A stretch of 64,000 nt of DNA from Camelus dromedarius (lineage: Eukaryota): contig NC_087436.1 in the NCBI RefSeq assembly GCF_036321535.1, positions 108,998,001 through 109,062,000 of the forward strand, read 5' to 3'. The notes beneath the pieces are model-generated. The model did no database searches and was not told where the DNA came from. It saw only the letters and a program-made list of their open reading frames with translations. This document shows, piece by piece, positions 1-13,599 of the stretch; position 1 is the first letter of the stretch, and every line of letters begins with the position of its first letter. A program made the position numbers and the translations under genes.

Positions 1-1214
1 GATACTGTTATTCTGAATTGTATTCAAAGGCAAGGAACCTACACTTGGGCCAAATACACTTTCTGGACACTGATGTTCAGGGCTCACTGGCTTCTGCACT
101 CTTAAGCACTACACAGTGATGCTTACCAGAATCAAACATACACATACATACAGGAAGAACCAGCTTGGTAGGATCACTGCACTTTTTGAAATTTGTTAAT
201 TGATAATATACTCTCACTTTCTTTGCATTTTTCAGAAGGATGTCCATCAAATGATATTGCTGTAGAAGACATCTATGCTCAGTAGGGAGGTGAGAATAAC
301 TGAATAAACAGAATGCTTAACGTAGTCACATCTAGGGAGTTTAGTGATGACAATGGTTCTTCTGTTTCTCTTGCTGCTACCTTCTAAAAAACTTGAGAGG
401 GTTTATGGAAATTCATAAAATGGACAAAACCAAAAATATTAAGAGACTTAGGTAAATAGAAAACGACAAGTTAAAATGAAGATGGGTGCAACTAATACGC
501 AGGTGCTATATGGTTGTAAAGGGTGACTGTCCATCTAACATGAGCGTTACATCGGGCAAAGATGCAAACAGGACCAGTGAAACAGGACCAGCAAAGAAGG
601 CGAGATCAACAGTGAATATTAAAGAACTAATATACTAAGATATTGACAGAAAAGATTGAAAAAAAAAAGACTCAAAAATGGAAATATGGGAGCATATAAT
701 AGGGCGGATTGTGAATACCTACTACTCCCCACACAAGAAGATTGATTCAATTTCCAGGCACTGATATTTAAAGTTGCAAATAGGTCAAGTCTGGAAAATT
801 GCAGAAAAATGTATTGACATTTTTGCATGGTTCTCACCACAGGAGTCTAATCATATTCCATTGTTGCTGACATAGAATAAAATGTTTTTGCAATTTGACA
901 GCAGTATAAACCACTCTGCAGATCTGAGAAAACACTTTGAGTTTTCCGGTCCTAAGTATTTAAGTGTCTGCGTGTGCAGGGATCTTTGCTAACCTATTTA
1001 AGATATCATCATTTAAAAAATAAATATTAGATGTGCCAATCAATATTTTCGCTTTTTACACATTTAATTATCCCAACTTTAGATACCATTAAAATCAACA
1101 CAGGAAACAATATATAATAAGGAAAGCACTTTCTAAATAAAGTTGCACACCAACTGTTAGTGACCTTAAATATGACTGTATTCTAAGGGGATTTGCTGGG
1201 TAGTAATACCCATT

Positions 1215-1430
1215 GGCGGTGAAACGCACAGATTTTGGAGGCAGATAAACCTGAACTTGAATTCTGGTCTTGCATTTATTAAATGTTTGATCTTAAATAA
1301 GTTATATAATTGCTAACAAACGTCAGTATTCTCTTCAGTAAAAAAGTAAAACATTTCTCCCTTCTACGGTTAATTTGACGTGTAAACAAAATAATTTTTT
1401 GACATGCAGAGCTAAACATCCAGCATATAG
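1215..1430 (+). mobile_element. MIR SINE, degenerate
   Basis: ttttggaggcagataaacctgaacttgaattctggtcttgcatttatt resembles the MIR core; boundaries approximate. Confidence 0.6.
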
Positions 1431-1444
1431 AAAGTGCAAGTTTA

Positions 1445-1902
1445 TTTACTTACTTATCTATTTATTATTTTTAATTGAAGTATAGTTGATTTACAATATT
1501 GTGTTAATTTCAGATGCACACCATCATGATTCTTTTTTGGGGTTTTTTGGCAGATTTATTCCATTATAGGTTATTACAAGCTATTGGGTATAATTCCCTG
1601 TGCTGTACAATAAATCCTTATTGCTGATCTACTTTATGTAAAGTAGTTTATATCTGTTAATCCCATACCCCTGACTTGTCCCTCCCTGCTACTATGGTAA
1701 CTGTAAGTTTGTTGTCTATGTTTGTGAGTCTGTTTCTGTTTTATATATATAGATTTATTTGTATTATTGTTTAGATTCCACATTTAAGTGACATCATACA
1801 GTTTTTGTCTTTCTCTGTGTGACTTAATTCACTAAGCATAATGTTCTCTCAGTCCATCCATGGTGCTACAAATGGCAATATTTCATTCTTTTTTATGGTG
1901 AG
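1445..1902 (-). mobile_element. L1 3' end, 5'-truncated (cetartiodactyl-type)
   Basis: T-rich tail followed by ttaattgaagtatagttgatttacaatattgtg...gtccatccatggtgctacaaatggcaatatttcattcttttttatgg, a typical reverse L1 3'UTR; paralogous to 13883-14630. Confidence 0.88.
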
Positions 1903-4493
1903 TAAGTTAAACATTAGATATTAGTATCACCATGAACAGCACCACCATCACCACCATCATCAAATAAATAACACGATACTACTTCAGAATCTTCTTCGGG
2001 AAGAATTTAGGCTAGCTTTATTTTTAATATTAATTGTAAGATAATTAAAAGCTAGCAGAAATGTAATACCTTCTTTGGGGACATATCTCGTTCAAGTTAT
2101 TAGAAGTTCTACATAACATGAATATAAAGACATACATAGACAAGATGATGGTCAATTGCTTTTTGCTTTGTGATCATATACAACTCTCTAAGTGGTTTTC
2201 TATAAATGCTTTATGAACACTGGTCTTCAGTTATAAACCATAATAATGGGGCCCTCTTTTTCCCTCTTTACAATTGCAGATAAAAGACTTGCATAGTAAG
2301 GAATGCATTCGTGGTCACACATTGGTCTTAGACGATCGACCTAGGTATGTCATCACTGACGATGCTGTTTGGTGCAGTACACTTGGAAGATTTAATACCT
2401 TGAAATTTTTGTACACTCTAAAGCAGGGTTTCAGCTGGGAAGCCAGAGGCAGTTTCATTATTAACTCACTTCACTTACTACTTCTTTATTTCTTTCCTTT
2501 TTTCTTTCTTTCATTTTTGTTTTTGTTTTTGAGTACATGTCTTTAATTCCCACTAATTGTTTAAGGGACATTAAACCAGAGGCCATGTATTATTTATTTA
2601 TTTCTTCCAGTAGAGTGTCTGGTAAATAGTAGACGCTCAATAAGTATATGTTAAGTAAATAAAAGATAAGGGAGACATATTAGGAATAACATACAAAGTG
2701 TATTTAGTAATAATACCTGGATTATAATTACAGACAGTCAGGAGACTTCAGGCATACTTAGGACAGGATATCTAAAAACAACATTTTATTTAAAAAAAAT
2801 TGGAATTTTCAGTGGTGATATCCTGAAAGATAACGTTGGGAGATAAATCTTGCTCAGCAGTGTCCTCACTCCTGTTAGATGTGTGACATTGGGTTACTTT
2901 ACATGTTTTCACTCATTTAAGACTCACAACAACCCTAAATTTGGGTACTTAGGGTACCCAAGGTGGCACGGCCAGTGGCTAAACAGATGTGAAGCCAGGT
3001 TGTCTGGTTCTATTGTACATGATTTTCATTATTGTGCACCACTTTTATAATAATAAAAAAAAACTACCCTGAAGAGTAGCTGGTACTATACACATGGCAT
3101 GTATTCTCGCCACTAACAAGCCTTTAATAGGCGATTTCTCTTCCAAATAGCCCAAGAACAAAGTTCTATGGAGAATAATCTTCTATGATGGTCATACAAC
3201 TTCATTTACTAAAAATCACTGAATTGGAAAAAAATAGGTAATAATCTTCTAAGGGGTGTTTGAAGATTATGAGAATGTATATGAGATACATAGATTTGAA
3301 ACTTGGTTTTGGATTCTTTTTCCCCAATGACAAGTGAAATTCAGATGGACTAGATTTTTCTCCTCCCCAAAGGTTTAAATGTCTCATATGATGATTCCAG
3401 AACTTGGTAAGAGTTGCCAGTGAGCTTAATTCCATTTATATTTCCCAGGAATTAAGCGAGGCCTCACCCAGCCCTTTAACAGACAAGTCTTGTGAAATTA
3501 CTATTCTTAGATTCTTTGATTTCAGGATGATATTGCGTGTATGGGGCCCAAAGAGAATATGGCAAAGCTAAGAGTGTTCTCAGCTGGTGTTTCATTCTGT
3601 CTCCTAAAGCAAGAGATCGGGGTGGGGGGTGTCCCTTGTCTAAATGCCCTTCTAAATAAAAGCAGTGATGGACACACCAGTTGTTGCAGAATAAAACTAA
3701 GCCATCGTCGATTTTACAGTCTATCACAGTCACCTCCTGCCTACCCACCTGCAATGTGTAACATCCTCTGGGTTCTGGGAAGTACTGACAAACCCTCTTT
3801 CAATGCTCCCCAGGGAACTGTGTATTCGATGACTCACAAAAGTTGCAAGTGAATCACTTCACAGTGAGCCTTTCCACTGGGAACATAAATTGTATTTACT
3901 ACCATTATTATGTAATTTTAAGTTTTACTACACTCATCTATTACCTGAGATTTTGTTTTCTTGAATTTCTAAATGGATGTGTGAAAACAAAGCAGTTACT
4001 GAACTGTCTAGTGGTTTGCTACAGAAAAAGATTTTAAACACCCCAGGCTTAAAGAAGAAGGGGCTCTAAATCGTCTTTGATCGTCTTTACAACTGCAGGG
4101 CACATTAACAGTGACATTGTTATATTCCTGTCTCAACCATAAATCTTGTGGTATTTCAGTAATGGAGTCAAGATAAAGAGTTCACTTTCCTTATGTGAAC
4201 TCCTGCCTTTGGGCTTAAAAATTTAAATTTATCTGTTGGCATATTCCATGCAACGAAACAGGAATCAGAAACCAGACGAATTCAACTGGTCATCTCATTT
4301 TGTTATCTATTGGCTAAAGATGCTTCATCTGTGAAGTGGGGATGGTAATAAAAAATTTCCCTGCCCACTTCTTTAATTAGAAAGGAATAAAGGTATTTAT
4401 GTATATACATAAGAGTTTTCAGAAGAACATTTTATAAAATAATTTGTTTATCAAGTAAGGCTGTATTTTAATCAGCGCTTTTGAAGCAAATTA

Positions 4494-4987
4494 CAGATCT
4501 TCCTCAACTTACAGTGGGGTTGAGTCCCAATAAACTCATTGTAAATTGAAAATACGGTAAGTCGAAAATGCACTTCATACACCTAATCTATCAAACATAT
4601 TTTAGCCTAGTTGCCTTAAGCGTGCTCAGAACAATTACACTGGCTTACAGCTGGCCAAAATCATCTAACGCAAAGCCTATTTTATAATAAAGTGTTGAAC
4701 AGCTCATGCAATTTACTGAACACTGGACAGAAAGTGAAAAGCAGACTGGTTGTCTGGGTGCAGACTAGTTTGAGCACGTGGGTTGTTCACCCTCGTGATC
4801 ACGTGTCCGACTGGGAGCTGCGGCTGCCTTGTGTCCCCAGAATATGTACTGCATCAGGCTAGCCCAGGAAAAGATCAAAATTCAGAATTCTTTCTAACGA
4901 TGGTTTCTACTGAATGCATACTGCTGTTGCACCGTCGTAAAGTTGAAAAATTGTTAGGTCAAACCATCCTAAGTTTGGGACTATCTG
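4494..4987 (+). mobile_element. TcMar-Tigger non-autonomous element (MER47/Tigger5 family)
   Basis: TA flanks at 4492-93 and 4988-89; imperfect ~24-bp TIRs (CAGATCTTCCTCAACTTACAGTGG / CAGATAGTCCCAAACTTAGGATGG); interior matches recalled MER47. Confidence 0.88.
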
Positions 4988-6133
4988 TACATAATTTAAA
5001 TAAAAATGCCCTACAGTAGAAAGGGACTTCCACATTTGAACATAATGTAAGAGTCACATGTAAGACAATACTATTTGCACTTGGGTTTTATTCTTCAGCA
5101 TCTGGGTATCTGAGCATGAAGAATATCTACCAACCCCAGCATTAACAATAATTGTGCTCTTGTCTAGTAAGATACTAGGTGCTCCACGTTGGTTACTCCC
5201 AAGTCTTTCCACGAAATGGAAGCACAAAGAGAAGGAATAACTTGCTCAAGTTTACAAAGGGTAAAAAATGGTGCCTTCCCATACAGCGTCTCAAGAACGA
5301 CTTGTTTCCCTTGGAAATGAGAAGACTACATAGATTCTGCCTACTGTCCATCTTTCCAACGAGACTGAATTCTTCTTCTTTTTTCTTAATGAAAGCCTGT
5401 GAGTGGCATAACCCAGAGGCTATGCAGCCACCCAAGCCTAGCAGCCTGCAGGGAGAGTCCCCTGCAGTTGTGCGGGTCCCTGAACACTGAAACTGATGAC
5501 TGCATGGTACAGTCCTGCACCTCTGTAAGGGGCTGCATCTGGCTCCCTAATTTTTAAATAGTCAATGACTATGTTTCCAAAGAAGCTATCTGGTTTGGAA
5601 AATAATGTTAATTTTAACCTAGAGAAAGAAGCATATCATTTTTATTCATCTTTTTTTTTTCAAGTTTCTGCCTATCTAGATGAAAAGAAAGTCACTTTAA
5701 AGGGCGGTCAATTATCAGCCTACTTGAAGAAAAAAAATGTATTTCTCATCCCCGTCTGAGGGACTACTGCTGATATCAGCTTTAAGTTTAGGCTGTCATT
5801 CACTCATTCATTCACAGCACTGCTACCGGGTTCACGCTAGTCTCTAAGCATTACTGCTAGGCACGTGGACCATATTCTACATTCACCCACTTGTTAGACA
5901 GCGTGTGTAATCTCTCTTGCTGTTGATTAGATCTCTTAGCAGGGTGCAGGCCGATATTTAACAATTGGCTTCCTGTAAAATGAACGAGTCTGGATTTGTA
6001 GCAGCGGCTGATTACTGTGGTGGAAAATACTCCCCAAAGGCAGACATTAAGCATGAGGTCCTGGGACTTGGATGTGAGAAGCAGTGCACACCATCACCTC
6101 TCAGAGCACAGCTCAGATATACTCCCTTTATAC

Positions 6134-6304
6134 AAATTGTTCTCAAACGGTGGTCCCTGGACCAGAGCATTGCCTGGGAGCTTGGAGAAATGAAAATCTA
6201 GGGGCTCATCCGAGATCTGAATCAAAACTAGGGGTGGAGCCCAGGAATCTGTACTTTAACAGAACTTTCAGGTGATTCTGGTGCAGGTTATGTGAAAACA
6301 GCGG
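6134..6304 (+). mobile_element. MER5A hAT-Charlie MITE
   Basis: ttgttctcaaacggtggtccctggacc...caggtgattctggtgca; near-perfect 8-bp TSD ctttatac/ctctatac. Confidence 0.82.
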
Positions 6305-7329
6305 CTCTATACCCCTACCTATGTGTCTGACCCTGTTTGCAGTAGACATGCCTACAAGAAGCCACGATCTTCTTTCAGATGTAAGGAATAAAATGAGAAA
6401 ATGTGCATGCCACTTTGGTTCCGCCGGACAAGAAATAATTACTACATCTTGGGTTTTCTTAAAGACACTTTAGGCTACGTTAACTACTCCCTCTAGCCAT
6501 AATTCCGTAAAATAATGGTTCTCATATCGATTCATTTCAGACAATAATTGACATCTAAGAGCAAATATTTCAAACCAAAAAATACACTACAATAGAAACA
6601 ATAATAATGGATGATAAGTTTCCCTAATTTAACAGATTTCATTTTGCTAAAATAAATAAACTCCATCTCCATCAACATTGGAAATTAACCAGGTAACTGA
6701 AAAAATGCACCTGACATGCAAAATTACTCCCATATGTGATGCTCCAACAGCACATTAAATAATACATACTTTGGAAAACTAAGTTTTACCAAGGTAAATC
6801 TTTTACAACATAAAATCATTCAATTAACTGAACTCAAATTCTCTGAGGTCAAGATATGTAAAAATACCTCTTTTTAAAACATTAGTGTGATGTATTTTTA
6901 GTACAGTTATGTAAAATGGAAATACATCAAGATTTGAAAATTGAATTCAGCCAAACAAAATATTTATTAAGCAACTTATGGGAAAACTGATAGTAACAGT
7001 ATTATTGATGAGTTTTCCTGTAATAATGAAGAAGTTGTCCTTTTCATCAGAGTACACATTGTAATAAGGCCTGAACAAGGACAGAGGCATTTGAATAAAT
7101 GCCAGGAAATTAGTGAGAGCAGAATTAAGACTTGGAAACATTTCAAGTTGAAGGTGAAAGAAAGCAAAAGGTGGAGAGTAACTTCATTACACCTAAGATG
7201 ACCAAGAAGATGGTGGTGCTTCTCTATGAAATTAGGAATGTGCCAGGGTGAGCAAAGGGAATGAAGGTAGTTTGGGACATTCTGCATGTACAATCCTAGC
7301 AGCTCTCATTGTTTAATGTTTCATTATTC

Positions 7330-7520
7330 TAAATACTTCATGTGTATCAAATCATAAAATTCTTACCACAATCCTACAAAGACGGAACTAAGATTCATTA
7401 CACCGATTTACCCATTTACCAGGTGAGGACCAGAGAGCTTATGCAATTTGCCCAAGACACACAGTTAATGGAAGAAAGAGCTGGGACTTGAATCAAGGTG
7501 GACTGTCTTTAGAGCACCTG
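7330..7520 (-). mobile_element. MIR SINE
   Basis: caggtgaggac...atgcaatttgcccaagacacacagttaatg...agctgggacttgaatcaagg is the reverse MIR core. Confidence 0.7.
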
Positions 7521-7529
7521 CTCTTTTCT

Positions 7530-7990
7530 TTTACTTCAATTTTAGTTTTGAGTTGTAATGACATTTAAATGGTTCAAAAATCAAAATATATAAAATGATA
7601 TTCATACATAAGTTGTGCCCCCCACACTTTCCTCTTGTCCCTAGTTTTTTTCTTTATGCAAGTACACAGAAATAACAAGACAGATTTATTTACCCACCTT
7701 TGACACTGCTCTGCCTTACTTTTTTTTTTTTTTCAACTGAGCAACAGACCTTGGAAATCTTTCAGTATCATATATAGAGAACTTCCTTGTCCTCTCTCTC
7801 CTTCCTCCCCCCCACTTTTTTAACAATACATTCCATTGTGTGAATGCCCCATAGTTTATTTAATTAGAAACTTGGATTGTTTCCCAACTTTTGTTTTTAC
7901 AACCAATACCTCAGTGCACGTCATTTCTATGTCTTTAGGTATCTTTTAGGATAACTTCCCAGAAGTGGGAAAGACATTTCCAAATTGCCC
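7530..7990 (-). mobile_element. Old L1 (L1ME-like) fragment
   Basis: cattccattgtgtgaatgccccatagtttatttaa...ttggattgtttcccaacttttgtttttacaac...ggataacttcccagaagtgg. Confidence 0.55.
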
Positions 7991-8169
7991 CCCATAGGAA
8001 CTGTAAACCACATGCACTTCTCATGTTCATGTGTGAGGTTAGAGGGTGTGCTATAAACTCTTGTTACACTCCAGAGAGAGATCCAGAAAGACCTTCCTCC
8101 ATCGTTAGAAGGGAGATGAGAGTGAAGACAGAGTGAGTGAGGAGTGAGGACAGAGCTGAGTCTAGAATT

Positions 8170-8315
8170 AAATCCTCACAGTGACCTGACGGGGTGGATG
8201 CTACACTATAATTTGTAGATATGAATTCTGAAGCACAGAAAAATTAAGTATCTTGCTTAAGTTTATACAGAGTAATTGGTCAAGATTTGAACATACATCT
8301 CAGCCACTAGGTTTC
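8170..8315 (-). mobile_element. MIR SINE fragment
   Basis: aatcctcacagtgacc...tctgaagcacagaaaaattaagtatcttgcttaag...gatttgaac. Confidence 0.6.
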
Positions 8316-9334
8316 TTACTTGTTAAAAACCAGAGTCTCCTAGCGCGTTGAAAAAACTGGATGTCTCAGTAGTCTACTTCACAAAAGCATTTTTTCTATT
8401 TCAAACTGGATATTAATCCATTGATATGTGTATATTATATCTGCATCAATCAATCAATTAATCCATCTATCCATTATCTCTCTGAGTTCTAGGTGATTAT
8501 TGCTTCTTTTCTTTTACTTGAAAATAACTCAATGACTTTTGCTGATTGTTGTGCCATGAACTAAAGAGCAAAAAATAAACAAAAGCTATGCATTCCCTGG
8601 ACCTCACACCAGACGTCTTCCTTAGACATCTGCAAGCAGAAACGCCCACTTCTGGTTCCCAACAAAAAGTGTGTGATGTGATACTAGTCTTCTTTTTTTT
8701 TTTCTTTATAGATGCTACAGGGTATACTCTATTTTTGGTTAAGGTAAAAATGGTAATAAACATTAACTCAAAATAAGCTCTCTATAGTAAGTCCTCATTT
8801 GGATATAATCACTTGGGTTTTTATATCTTATCTAGAAATATTTTAGGTATAGTTTAAGTGAACGCTAGCATTAGTAAGCCAATCCCAAAAACTTTTACAG
8901 TGGTTTCTGAGAGTTCTATGCTGCTTTACTGCATAAAATAAAACAATCAAAATACCAAAAATGAACCATAAAAATCGGTATTCCGAAATCTCTTTATGGG
9001 CTGAAACAAACTGAAGCTATAAAATTTAAGGCCTAGCCACATTTAAAATGTTGGCACTAATTCATCACCATTTAGAGATGAAATAACTATTGTATTTACT
9101 TGGAAACCAATAATTATGTGCTTGTTTTCATGCTCTAAATATTCTCAGTGAGTTAGCTCACCACCAGAAGGACTTGTCAAGTTCCACCCATGGCTACAAC
9201 TGGCATCTAATTTCCTAGAACCGTTATGAAAGGTCAAATAGCATGTGAAACACACTGATATCTATAAGCCTCATATCAGTAACACAGAGCCCAGTGTCTC
9301 CAGTTCCTGTCTCAATGCCCACAAACTTGCTGCC

Positions 9335-9735
9335 CCGGGTACTTGGCAAACAAATGCATTTTGTTCACCACTTTCGGTATTTTTTAAAAAATGTGAATTG
9401 ACTTTTAAAGGGGGGAAAACTTTATATTAAAAAAAGCGCCAAATTTCTATCCTTTCTTGAAAAATCATAAGTTCTGGCAAAACCTGGGCCTCCATTTTCA
9501 CATCGCAACATTCAAGGAGACCTGAGCAGATGGAGTCTAGTCCGGTTTTGACAAAGATTTGTTTTTTAGTTCACTTCACTCACGACCACTTCTATTATAT
9601 TGCTAACACCAAGGCTATTTGTAATAAAGGAATGAGTCTCTAAAAAGTTAAAATCTTTTCAGGAATAAAAGGATGACAGCATATTCTTTTCTTGCACCTG
9701 GCCTGCTTAGTCCTTGAAGTTATATGCCTAGAAAA
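9335..9735. mobile_element. hAT-Charlie remnant (MER102-like)
   Basis: ttctggcaaaacctgggcctccattttcacatcgcaacattcaaggagacctgagcag resembles recalled MER102; family uncertain. Confidence 0.45.
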
Positions 9736-10111
9736 ACTGACTGCCTACGACTGCGTCTTTGCCCTAAATAAGGGTAGTTATTTCTGCATGTGAAGCAATG
9801 AACTAGGTAACTTGTCTGTGGGACGACCGGTGTTGAGACCCAACGGAGAGGCTCTGGAGGTGAGTCTTATGCCAAAAGCACACTTTCAGCAAAACGTATG
9901 CCCCCTGAATCCCACCCCTTTCTCATCTTCAGTGTATTGTCAATATCATTACAGTACTAGAAAACTTCCAAAATGAATAGGATTGTGCACATATCGTATG
10001 TGTCCACTGGCTTAGCACATGTTAGCTTCCTAAGGGCTGGGCTTTGTTGCTGAAAGCTTAGAACACAGTAGGTGCTCAATAACCACGCGTTGCACGAATA
10101 GTAACTTTAAA

Positions 10112-10566
10112 TTTCTCACTGGTTGGGTATCCTACAGCTGTTTCTCCAGCCACCTGTCCTCACCCAGCTCTGAGCCCTGGGAGGCTCGTGTGCGAGCGAC
10201 ACGACCGACATCACTGGGTTCCTTGTTTTCTGACATCTGATTTGGCCAAAGGGAAGCACGGACTGCTGGGAAGTCAGGAATTTACAACCCTGCTTCCTTC
10301 CCTGAGACGTGACTGCATCCATCCACTGCAAGTCACAGCTCCTGTCGGGCAGTCCTCTCCGCAATTTCTTTTCTGAGCATCCATTTCCGTAACTGCCAGC
10401 TCCTCCTCTCCTTTAAGCCCATGGGCAGGAGCCGTATCCCTGGTTACTACTCCAGGTTATTGTGCTACCCCAACCAGTCTCTGTAAACAGTCCTCTTATA
10501 CGTGTCCCCTCCAACTGTCCAGCTTGAGTCTGCCATCTGTTACTACCAGGTCTCTAATGCACTAAT
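10112..10566 (+). mobile_element. Solo ERVL LTR (LTR33-like)
   Basis: ctctgagccctgggaggct...ttggccaaagggaagcac...cacagctcctgtcgggcagtcctctcc...cagcttgagtctgccatctgtt. Confidence 0.75.
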
Positions 10567-10682
10567 CATTAAGTCTGCTGCAGACTAATTATTCCCTCCC
10601 CTCCCCATGGTACGGCAGAGGAGAAGCAGTGCTTCTTGAAGCAATTGTTTTTCACCTTTACCAGTAACTGAGAGATCTTCAC

Positions 10683-10813
10683 CTGTAAATGGCAGAAGCC
10701 GGGTGGGAACCAGTGTCATAGCTGGCACGAACACGTCCCCGGTACAGCTCGACAGCGATATGGTCCTTGTCACCCTTATACAGGAGGATTCCACTGTCTT
10801 CATCTGTGGCAAT
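10683..10813 (-). CDS. SLIT2: SLIT2 exon (~33), laminin-G domain
   Basis: 131 nt; ctactag|A...AG|gtgaag; [44 protein letters not shown]. Confidence 0.96.
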
Positions 10814-12399
10814 CTAGTAGGAAGTAACCTTGATGTTAGCAGGACATAGAGCCATCCAAACATATTTCATTAAGAAGAAACAAGACTGCTTAGCAAAGGG
10901 TTTTTACTATGGTTTATTTCTTTTTTATGGCTAGGAGAAAATACCAATGCATGTGGAAATGATTACTCGAAAGACGACCTGCTCCTGGATTGCTTTGCTG
11001 CAAATAAATTCATAAAGAATTTCAATTTTTTTTTACATTCATGAACTTACACATTTATTCTTATTCTGTACATATTGACAATGATAAAGCTAAAGATTCA
11101 TGTCCTATGAAATATGCAAAAAACAAGGAAATGACATAATTTATACTTCAGAAAATTAAAGTTGAAAATTAGTTTCCATATCATTAGAGTTTGCAGTATT
11201 TGGAGTAAATCAAGCTTTCCCCTTTAGATATCAAACTATATTGTCGCAGCAGAGAATGCTAAAATCTAATCAGAAATAAAATGATCACATTTCTGTTCTG
11301 TTAAAAAGAACAATAACAAATACTTAAGTAAACATCATTGGGTATATTTAGAATGCCCCTTGCTTGAGATTTTCACTTACCTGCTTTTTTTTGCTCTTCT
11401 TATGGGCTTTATTTATGTCACATATGAAATGTGATTGCATTGAGCAAGACAGATTTTCATATTCTATGTTAAAAAACAAATTATTTATAATTATGGAGTG
11501 AAGAGGGGGAAATCTCTCTTTTTATCCTGCTTCCTGACTTTTTCAAGCTTTTGAAGGACCAGCTGAGTAGAAGTTGGAACTTAAGCACAAACACCATTGG
11601 GTACTTCTCATAGCAATCTGGGCAGCAAATGCTGGAAGTTAAGGAGACAGGCTTTTTCAAGAAGACCTGTCTGCCCTCCAGGGTCCCACTCCTCATGGCT
11701 TCTCAAGAAGCCCTTGCCTCTCACTGGAGTTTCAGGGTAAATCAGATAAGGAACAAGGGAAGGGGAACTGGCTACACTCATTTGAATTCAAAACATACTG
11801 ATGCAGCTTGCTTACCAGAGAAAACAAACATGTAGCCCCAACTTGCTCGTGTTTCCTAAACGTATTACCCCTAATCTAGCCTCACCTCGTCTGTGGATCT
11901 GAATGGCTTCCACAGTGACTTGGGGAAAAGACTTACAATAAAATCTGAGTTTGTGAATTTCATGTCAGAGTTAAAGGACACATGCTAAATGTTCTGCCCA
12001 GGTGTGTTCTGTCTCACCTGTCTCTTCTCAGCTGCACATTTCGTACAGGAAGCCGCCCCCTGTGCAAAGCCTGAACTGCACAGTCATAAAAAAATAAATG
12101 AATTAAATGCCATCACTTGAGCACAAAATGAAGAGACATATTTTGTTGCTCTCTGTGTGTGCGTGTTTTATACGATCAACTAGTGAATCAAAATACCTGG
12201 TTCCCATTTAGTTTTGAAAAACACAAATGTTAGAATAGCTGAAGTTCTTCACACAAGCAGCGTTTTCTGCCACTGTGCTACACAGTTTGTAACTGTCTAT
12301 TTAAGAAATAATATCATTCACAAGCCATCACGTATGTTTGTGCTTTGAAGCTGAACTGACTTAGAGTGAGATCAGCCCTTGGTAGTAGGGGAATCTTAC

Positions 12400-12640
12400 C
12401 TGAAGAGTGATGTTTGTTTGAGGCCGAACCTTGGCGGAGGGGATCTGAAGGTAAGACTCTTTGTTGACAAAATTCACACTGACCAATTTTTCACACTTCT
12501 CTCCCTGGTAGCCAGGCAAACACTGGCATATTGGCTCATTTACCCTGATGATGCACTGAGCTCCGTTCTGACAATCAAAATTATCACAGGGGCTGGTCCG
12601 AGGGAGAACCATGGGAGGAGAAAACTCACAGAACAAGCCA
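12400..12640 (-). CDS. SLIT2: SLIT2 exon (~32), cleavage linker, EGF6, start of LamG
   Basis: 241 nt; ctttag|T...CAG|gtaaga; [80 protein letters not shown]. Confidence 0.97.
12592..12603 (-). other. SLIT2: Codons for the SLIT2 proteolytic site PR|TS (Slit2-N / Slit2-C)
   Basis: CCT CGG ACC AGC between EGF5 and EGF6; the known C-terminal fragment begins TSP. Confidence 0.85.
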
Positions 12641-12753
12641 CTAAAGAAGAAACAGAAAAAAAAAAAGTGTTGATTAGATGGTACTTAACTGCCAATGTGA
12701 ACTGAGTGTTGTAACACCTGATTTTAAATCCAAATGGGTATTTGTACTTTTAC

Positions 12754-12891
12754 CTGTAGCCTTCAGGGCAGATGCACGTATAGCCATTCACCGCATCGGT
12801 GCAGTGGGCTCCATTTTTACACTTGTTGTCTTGGCAGTCGTCAAAGTCAATGTCGCAGTGCTCGCCGACGTATCCTGGCGTGCAGTCACAC
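12754..12891 (-). CDS. SLIT2: SLIT2 exon (~31), end of EGF4 and EGF5
   Basis: 138 nt; cacag|G...AG|gtaaaa; [46 protein letters not shown]. Confidence 0.97.
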
Positions 12892-13599
12892 CTGTGTGAA
12901 CAAGCAGGTAAACAGTTTCAAACCCAACTGAGCCAAAAGGAACCAAACAGTTGCATTTCACCTAGGAAAAGGTGGCACCATCTTTGAAAAAAAAATGTAT
13001 TTAGAACAGGCTCATTAAGTCTGAAAATAAAAATATGCCTAGAAAATAAGTACTGATCTGCAAAGGCGCCCACAGTTTCTCACTGCAAACTATCACAGGA
13101 ACAGCAATTTCCCCTCCCTGATGACAGTGAGCATCCACCATCCAACCAAGAATAGAATCATCACACAAGTGTTCGCCCCTCCCTCCTTCCCTCCCTCTCC
13201 CCCGTTTCCCCAACTTCATTTGCCCATAGTGTCCTCTGTTCTCTGCTGTCTAACTCATTTGAGCTGATGACATGATAAAAGTTCTGTCTTGTAAAAGTTA
13301 CTAAGAATATTAAGCATATTTTTAAGAACATTTAACATTTTAAATTTTCCAATAGAGACTGAATGCACTAGAATAAAAGATAATTTTATGAAAAACAAAT
13401 ATGTTAACCATGGATACTCTAATTCTCCACGAATCCAGATTATCATCATAGCAGAATGGAGACTGACCTAACTGGGTAGAGCAGGGGAATGGATACAAAA
13501 TTCCTGGGGCCCATCCCAGGACAGATTTTTCAGCCTGGGCACTCTGGGGCAGAAGGGGTCCCAGCTATATTGATGGTGAAGAACCAGGGATAATAATCC

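Noticed and set aside
350..860. Possible ancient LINE (L4/RTE-like) remnant
   Set aside because: Similarity is too faint to assign without a search.
1..10682. Next SLIT2 exon (VETINDGNFH...)
   Set aside because: Not found by eye; it presumably lies beyond the left edge, leaving this stretch intronic.
12379..12987. Cluster of + strand ORFs (also at 18285, 58640 and 59810)
   Set aside because: These are antisense shadows of SLIT2 exons with no independent evidence.
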